Position numbers and translations under genes: made by a program. This document shows, piece by piece, positions 56,301-64,000 of a DNA stretch of 64,000 nucleotides (its first letter is position 1; each line of letters starts with the position of its first letter). The stretch is from Bugula neritina. Taxonomy: Eukaryota > Animalia > Bryozoa. The notes under the pieces are model-generated. The model saw only the letters and a list, made by a program, of their open reading frames with translations. It was not told the origin of the DNA and did no database searches. The stretch is from positions 19,332,767 through 19,396,766 of the forward strand of contig OZ037766.1 of NCBI GenBank assembly GCA_964035545.1. Direction: 5' to 3'.

Positions 56301-59300
56301 TTGACACAGAGCAGGATGGTGCTGACCAACAGGGTTTAGAGCAGGATGGTGCTAACCAATGTGGTTTAGAGCAGGACAGCACTGAACAGAGTCTGCTATC
56401 CTCCACATTAGAGCAAAGTTCATACAGCGACCAATCTTATGTTAAATGTGAGCTCCCTTCTGCTCTTGATGACTTGGAATCTGGTCACGGGACATTTAAA
56501 AGGGCACCCAGTGAATACAGGTAGGGGCATTTGTACTTCACTAAGCTTATCATATACCATGCAAGGGAGCGTATATACTACGTATATAGTTTAGTAATTT
56601 GTTTGTAATTACATGTTAGTTATTTATAGGTGTGACAATATTTATACGGGTATTAGTGGCAATATTATCAAGAAGTTTGCTTTTGTTATACAACATTGAG
56701 CTAGATAATTGTGTTTCTAGTTTTTTTAATTTAGTTTGGAATGTGACTGGTTGCATTACTTTGAATGGTGATGTTGCTAAAGCGAAAAGAAAGATGTTTT
56801 CTTGTCTCGATAATTTTTAATATCTGATATTGAATTATTGAACAGATGCTAAAAACTAAACTAACCACTTAAAAATGTTCCATGCCCGAATTTGAAGTAT
56901 TTGCAAGGAGTCAATTGAAACATATCAAAATAAAGTTAATCAATTAGCATCGCATTTATTTTAGTCATTTTCAAGTCTTTACTTCATCCATTACTTATTC
57001 CAAAATTTAATTTGAATTTTTTGAAAATCATTTAAATGGTATTCATTAGAAATATTTTTTTCTTTATAATTTTGGAATTTTTACATGTTGCTTGTGGTTT
57101 TGCTATTGAATACTGTTAGCGCCGGAAGCCCTCAATAAATCATATGGTATGAATATTTTAGTGACTTTGAAACGGCCACTTCATCAGATATTGAGATTAT
57201 ATCAATGGCATCATTTGGTGAGGGGAATGGTGAGGCTCGAATTATGGATTTTGTACCTTTGAGTCGTAGTGTCTTCAAGACTAAAATTCATGGTGTACCA
57301 CAAGGAGAGAAGCTTTCTCTCTCTTCTCAAGTAAGTCCTGCGGGAAGTGAAGATGCTGGATCCATACCAGATCACCCAAACCACCAAGTGATGGAAAATC
57401 CTCTAGACAGCCAGGTTCTTATGAAGGTAATGAAAATTTCCTGTGCGAAATGTTAAGTTTCTGTTTAAATAAACTGTTGCATCTTCTATCAAGCGCATAT
57501 TTTAAAGGTAGTAAATTATGATCCTTGCTAATATCTGCATTCTTTTGCAAAAGAGCATTAATTTTTTGGGTAGTTTTTTGGTCATGCCTAACCTGGAATT
57601 ATATAATAATTAAGCTACTTGTATGAGAAAAGTAACATGTCACCAGCTGAATGTAAATTCCTACAGTTATAGTTCACTTAGCAGTGTAGAGTCACCCCCT
57701 GTTTACTACACTAACTACAGCAACCCTCAAGAAAAGCTCATAGGTCTAAGAGGGTCTTAACCTGTGTGGTGCCAATTTCCCTTTTTGGGATGGCGTGGTG
57801 GTATAGTGCATTGAGTCCCATTCCGCACAGTTAGGCAACTTTGTGCTCTAAGAGTGCAAAACTGGTTAGTTGCATGTTTTATATTAACATGTGATATTTG
57901 GGAGATATTTATAACAGAGATGGTAGTTTTTATTGTCTAGCATATATAATTATTGAAAAAATATGTTGGTCACTGTTGATGTTAAAACCACGAAGAGTAT
58001 TTCTCAACTGGACTTCAAAATGTGTTTCATAACCTTTGCATAGTTTCATCAGCTTGACTCTACCACTGATACCAAATTTCAAGTGTGCCCATAAATTAAC
58101 ATTATACTTTGGAGTTACAATTCTTCTCAAGCAGAAGTTTAGGAACTCTTGAATGTAATGATTTTTCTAAATAATTTTTTTAATAATTAATATCAACAAT
58201 AATATTATGAGTTATGAAAATGTTTTATGAAGAAATTATTGTAACACCTATGCATTCAGGTTTTGCCATCAGTCAGTATGAAAACTAAGGCTTGTAAATT
58301 GCGACAACATTTGCACTTGCATTTTGGTAATAGTCTACCATCACCAATTCTGTTCGTACGCTAACAAACATGGCTGCTGCTCACAAATGCATCTAAAGAC
58401 TGAAATTTTCAGCTTTTGTGTGTTTAATGCAAACAATTTGGGTCACATAGTAACTGGATGCTAATCTTTCTAAAGTCTAACCTCACTCCACCACGGAAGT
58501 TTCTATATGCAGTAATCTGGCTAGACATTCAGTTGCTGAATATTTTCTGATTGGCTGATTAGGTAGCGTCTCTGACTGGCTTACTAATTAAAAACGCACG
58601 AAATTATTTTAATGCTCTTGACTGTCATGGCGTACACGTGCTCTCAAAATCAATCATCATAATGATAAAGTCATTAAAACCTCTACAACATCTTGCTATA
58701 ACTCAATTGATGATGCTCTTAAAGTAATAAACAACTTTGAAATCTGAAATAGAACTAAGTATGGTTGCAATGATGGCCACTTTAGGCGTATGCAGCGATA
58801 TGTTATATTGTGTACTTCAAGTTGGAGCGCACAGTGACTATCTCAGACATCAACAATAACACGTGCGTCAAACAGCCAATCAGACAATATCCGTCAAACT
58901 AAATGTCGAGCCAGATTACTGCATATAGAACTAACCCCTCTCCACTACAGTGATGTGTCACATCGGATTAGCACAGTGAACTTAGTCAATTGTATGGAGT
59001 ATAGTGTGTATGTATGAAGTATAGTATGTATATATGAAATACAACCATTGTTTAATGTTTATTGTAGAAGTTGTCTCATTTAGCGGAAGTTTTAGAGGTA
59101 CGAGAGACAAAGTTAGTGGCTCTGAGCACTGAACATGGCGAGTTGTTAGAAGTCAATGCTCATCTGAAGAGGTGATGATAATTTTAGTAACTAAAACAAC
59201 AAGCTCTAGCTTAAACTTAGCATTAGTTTAACGCCTTTCAGTTTCTAATTTGCATCTTGCAAAGGTGTTCTGGAACCTAGAACTCTTAGTGAATTGCTAA

Positions 59301-62300
59301 AACCATGATATTTTTTTATTTTAACTAACATGTGACCTGTGCATTTAGATAGCACCCTAGCCTTTACATGGGATAAAGTTTCCTTTTTTGATGCATGTAT
59401 ATTTTAAAAAGAATCCTTAAATCTCAAGCTTTTTAATAATATTTAAAAATAGAAAACCTAAAGGCAAACGATGTGTAAGATAGGTGAGCATATTTCTTAC
59501 AAGTTTCTAATTTTGATAGATCTAGAGAGCTTGTCATGTGAGAGTAGCTGGAGACAGAAAGAAATTATGTTTTAATGAGTTTCATATGAGCATAAACTTT
59601 AACTAGCTCCAATAAATTCAGAACTCAACACTTGTATATAATGAATATTTTTCCCTTATGATTACAAACTCTTTTTGATTATAGCACTGATAATTTTCAG
59701 AGATGATTGGTGATTTAAGTTGTATGAATTGATTGGGTTTTTGTCAGACGGATAGAGCAGATGGAGGAGAAGAATGGTGCTTTAGATTTAGTCAAAAATG
59801 AGTTTGGGCAAAGGTTGCATGAGCTGGAGCGAAAGTTGCAGAATGCTTTACGGGAAAAGGAGTCCGTAAAGAAGCAGTTGATGACCACACAAGAAGAGCT
59901 TCATAGCAGGTCCTTAATTGATTACATCTCTGCCGTTGTTGTTTCTAGATTATGTGAGTGAGAGTGCTTGTTGAGTATATCAGTGTTTTAGAAACTATGT
60001 TTGGAGTAGATTCTACAGTGAGTTTTGTGTTTATAATGATTGAGTTGTTTTAAAATACTTGCAGACTAAAAATTCTTTATTTAAGACAGCTCTGGCCAAT
60101 GGTTACAAAGTTGCATTTTGACAGTTGGTGAGATTCCATTAAGAGGATGTTTTGGCATCTCTTACTAGATTTTCATTTTATGTTTTGATCTGAAAAGGCA
60201 AGGTTTTTGCTGTATTATTTGACTGTCAGTTTCATTTTTTGGTTCCAATAGACTTGGTTTAAAAATAATATATCTATAGGGCCGGGGTATCTGGAAAGAT
60301 GCAAAGAATAGTTGAAGAAAAAGATGAGCAGATTAGCTCTTTAATGGCAGAGGGAGAAAAATTGGCCAAACAACAACTGCAAAGCAATAATCTTATCAAG
60401 AAGTTAAGAAAAAAAGAAAAGGAGCAAGAGGAATATTCCAGAACTCTGAGGTTAGATTTAATTGTTATGACTCCTTTTAAAACATTTAATCTAAATAGGT
60501 CTTTGTGTTGCTGAGTTAATTATTCTTTTTATTAATATATTATAGAGAGAAAATTTCATCCCAATTGAGTGAGTTAGAGAGACTGAAGGCAGTGCTAGAC
60601 TCGAAGATAGAAAATGAGAATAAGCACAGTGAGTTGATAAAGCAGCTCAACAGTGCTGTATCCACATACCAGGCTGACAATCAGAAGCTTAAGGCTGACT
60701 GTGAGGATGCTTTGGAGAAACAGCAAAGAGCTGAGTCTGCGGTAGACAACTCCTATAAGTAAGTTTTCTCTTTCTCATCTAAATGCAAGTTTCACTGCTT
60801 TACTCGGTGGCTTAATATTTTAGTATAAATAAATGAACAAAACATCTCATGCAGCTCTTCTATTTTCCCAGAACACACGCCCACACATTTTAGCATACAG
60901 AAATAGTTTTACATAAAATAAAGCTGCATCGTGTTTTATATAGATGATTAATGTCTCACCAAATTGTAAACAACAAAACAAACCAGATATGCGTTTTCTA
61001 AAAAATAAGTTTTGATGATATCTAAAAATTGCTACTGGTAGCACATTTCAGGTTTAAAAATTGTTTATATGATAGCACCTGGTGACTGCAGTGACTGCAT
61101 TACTTTTTAAAATGGCTCAATGAAAATTGCATGGTACGCCAGAAGAAGGTCCTGGAACATCTAATAACTACATTCATGAAAACAGAATTTTAAATGCCTT
61201 TTAACACTGACTTACAGATATATACAGAAAAATTAATATAATGTAGAGTTCAGATTAGCCATTTATTTATCTATGCCTGTTTCAAATTGTAAAATGTTAT
61301 TTATAATTATAGAAAAGTAATATGTTTTGTGCTAAATTACAATATTACAGAGAAATAGCTGAATTGCACAAAGCAATAGCTGCTAAAGATACTCTAATAA
61401 AAGAGTTAAAACTGGGAAATGAAACACAGCACAAAGAAGAACTACAGCTAGCCTTAGAAAAAAAGCATAAAGAAGCTCTAAGAGATACTGACCACTTGAC
61501 TTGTCAGGTTAGATCAATTATTCAATCAAATGAGGTGTTTATTTCTGTCAAACAGGGAAACATATAATATTGATTATTTTAAAAAATTTTAAGTCAACAA
61601 TGACCTAATCTTTTTAAAATTTTGACTTTTCCGCAACTTTAATTTGGTGAATTTTCAAGTTGAGAATTGAGTATTATGAATGATATCTAAATTTACGCAA
61701 TTTTAGGATTTTATATTCAAGTTAATTATTTTACTAGTCACTTTAGACTATTAATTTATATGTCACCTGCTAGTAGTTCACATAATTAATTTTGATTATA
61801 AAATATTGCAAATTCAGCCAAGCCAGATTCTCCTATCTCATTTTGACTCTAAACTGTATGTTGCGTGGGCCACCTACTTGAAGCATGTTAGATGCCTTTG
61901 TTGGATGCCAGACTATACGTGCAGCAGAAACCTTTAGTAGTAGCCTATATAACTAAATGGCTGTATTGTAATTGGTGTTGAAATTATATTTGACATAAAC
62001 AGTCTTTATTTTTCAATCTCTTCAGACTATCTAGCTGTAATATGGATTTACAATTTAAATAGTCATTTTCATCTATTAGGCAAATTTTTTGTACGACAAG
62101 TGAATATAAATGTATCATTAATAATTCCCTTCTGTAATTGATTTATAGAGTCAGCTATTTTGACATCATGCACAGTATTTATATAGAATAATGTCATACT
62201 ATTCCTATTCGATTTTTTATTGGGTTTTGGTAAAAGGTAAAGAATGCAACTTACATTTACAAATGAATATATATACAAACTGTGTAGATTGTGCTTCAAG

Positions 62301-64000
62301 CCATATATTAAAGAAGTTTTCAAGATAAACTCTTATTTCATAATCCATAAATTCAAACTTTTAAATATTAAATTTTTATTTTTGTTTTTACAGTCGCTGA
62401 GATTTTGCTACACGTAGTTAAATGGCAGAAATATTTTGTTTCCTTACCTGTACCTCTAAAATCGAATACAAACTTCAAACTTGTGTATACAACACAGTTA
62501 TTGAAGACAAGAAAACTCAAACTATTTTGTAATGTCAATTATATTACAAAAGCATAGCCTCAGTTCTAACTGTTTGATTAAGCGAGTGTTTTGGCGAGAT
62601 ATGATTAGTCTTAGCACACACATACCGTTATCACACTCGTGAAATTTTAGTTTTATGGAAACAGTTTCTATATAGCAAACTATTAATGCTAATGCCATGT
62701 GTGTTACATTAACAGATTGAAGATATGAATTTAACCATTACTCGCATGGAGAAAGAACAAAATAGAAGAGAAGCGTGTCTACTGCAAGAAAACCAGGACT
62801 TGATGGAGAAATTAGCGAATGCTGACAAACGAAATGATGATCTAACTCAAAGCTTGACAGTAGCAACCAAGCCTTTGCTCAGGCAGATAGAAAATCTTCA
62901 ATCTTCATACAGTGTGCAGTCTTCTAGTTGGGAGAAGTTAGAGAAGTCATTAATGGATAGACTAGGTATGAACATGGTTATAGAAAGCATTGGCAGACAA
63001 ATTGCAGCATCAAGTATCAGTAAATTGAGCAGGCAGGCGATAAAGAATGCAATGTTTCTGTAAAAGTATATGAGATCCATGAATATTTATAGATCAACTT
63101 TCATAATAAATTTATGTTCAAATTAGTTTATTCTATTCTATTAATGCTATCAATGTTATCATTCAAAACTATCTTCATCTTTTCTGCTTTTGTAGTGCCA
63201 CATCTGTTTTGAGCTATTTTTGTTTGCAAATTTTTATGCTCATTTCACATTGCTGATATTTCCTCAACCACCTGTCAAGCACCTGCCAACCACCTAGTCA
63301 GATGATTAGTTTTACAGCTTCATTGTTTTTCTCTCATTCAGTCTTTTGCCTTCTCTACCATTGTTCCTTATTTTATATTATTCAAGGAGTTGTCTTCTCA
63401 TGTTCAGATTTCTTCTGTTGTACATAGTAAATATAGTGAGTGCCACTGCAGTTTATGGGGTATATAGCACGACTCTTAGATTAGATGGCAACTGTTGGTG
63501 CTTCCCATTAGTGCTCAAACCCTTGGATATTTTCAGCTCCACTGTTATGCTTATTCATACATTCTTTAATAATGTGCAGTTTCAATGTTCAATATTCAGG
63601 TTAATATTTTATATTTTAATCTTTGGAACTTTGTAGCTGTACATTCAGCAAAATAATCTATTTGGTGATCATTTGTGTATTCATTCATCCCAGTCTTGCC
63701 CTTGAGGTTTGCTTGCAGAAGGTGTTCATATATATGTGTGTGTGTGCGATCGCATGGGTGCGGGCGTGCGAATTTATCTTGGTCTATCTATCTCTCTATC
63801 TTCTCTATCTTACCATGTTCTCAGATCTCTTTAGTGGTGACATCTGGTGTTGGTATAAAGGCTAGATGCAAAGTTTGGGTTAATCCCATATCAATGTTTA
63901 TCTGTAGCTGATGCACAAAGCCAGCTAGTTGCAGCTAATGAGAAGGAGAGAGTGTCAAGTGAGAACTATGTTGAAATTTCCTCTCGTGTTGGAGTGTTGG
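50324..64000 (+). CDS. TMF1: TATA element modulatory factor (TMF1/ARA160 golgin), 5' part, truncated by the window end
   Basis: Exons 50324-50450, 50856-50966, 51908-52013, 55139-55979, 56264-56520, 57162-57426, 59068-59171, 59748-59909, 60280-60450, 60546-60758, 61351-61507, 62716-62965, 63908->64000; phase-consistent. N-terminus MSWWDAKQITSLASNAFKNAQKRIDKVLDI; ETATSSDIEIIS; EKDEQISSLMAEGEKLAKQQLQSNNLIKKLR; ATKPLLRQIENLQ. Confidence 0.93.
54113..54456. mobile_element. PIF/Harbinger (Tourist-like) MITE in a TMF1 intron
   Basis: About 70-bp TIRs GCCTAGGGCCACA...TTTTCGCATGCGAAAATTGAAA.CAC.AGTAGCAAAGGTGTCCACTGTA and its reverse complement; TTA on both flanks. Confidence 0.85.
56309..56398 (+). 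repeat. 30-nt coding tandem repeat (about x3) in TMF1
   Basis: EQDGADQQGL / EQDGANQCGL / EQDSTEQSLL. Confidence 0.75.
58495..58936. mobile_element. 442-bp MITE, internal-deletion derivative of the 14303-16644 Mutator-like element (opposite orientation)
   Basis: TIRs GGAAGTTTCTATATGCAGTAATCTGGCT ... AGCCAGATTACTGCATATAGAACTAACC. About 58495-58797 matches the reverse complement of about 16342-16644, and about 58800-58936 matches the reverse complement of about 14303-14436. Flank duplication is imperfect. Confidence 0.88.

Noticed and set aside
57788-57850. tRNA-like start (TGGCGTGGTGGTATAG)
   Set aside because: A-box only; no B-box or cloverleaf, so at most a SINE head fragment.

Overview
AT-rich, intron-rich eukaryotic genomic DNA, most likely from an invertebrate animal (species not determinable from sequence alone). 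Five spliced genes can be reconstructed with phase-consistent exons. (1) PP2A catalytic subunit (+, 1479-6434, 7 coding exons, 310 aa). (2) MZB1/pERp1-like ER saposin-fold protein ending in KDEL (-, 14043-9213, 4 exons, 260 aa). (3) PDZ + calsarcin-motif synaptopodin-2/myozenin-like protein (+, 26381-36266, about 12 exons, about 854 aa). (4) Mitochondrial ribosomal protein bL27m/MRPL27 (-, 39547-37981, 145 aa). (5) TMF1 golgin (+, from 50324, running off the window). Introns and intergenic DNA hold many decayed transposons: RTE LINEs (one nested in a Gypsy pol), CR1-like LINEs, a Gypsy integrase fragment, two Penelope-like fragments with hammerhead-ribozyme relics, a SINE and several MITEs. 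The most notable observations are: a 2.3-kb Mutator-like TIR element with a 9-bp TSD carrying spliced remnants of a CaRF-like gene, plus its 442-bp MITE derivative 42 kb away; an invertebrate homolog of the B-cell chaperone MZB1; and period-3 'ANT' low-complexity mosaics that flank putative promoters and interrupt a LINE coding frame. All family assignments rest on manual translation and remembered motifs; no database search was run.
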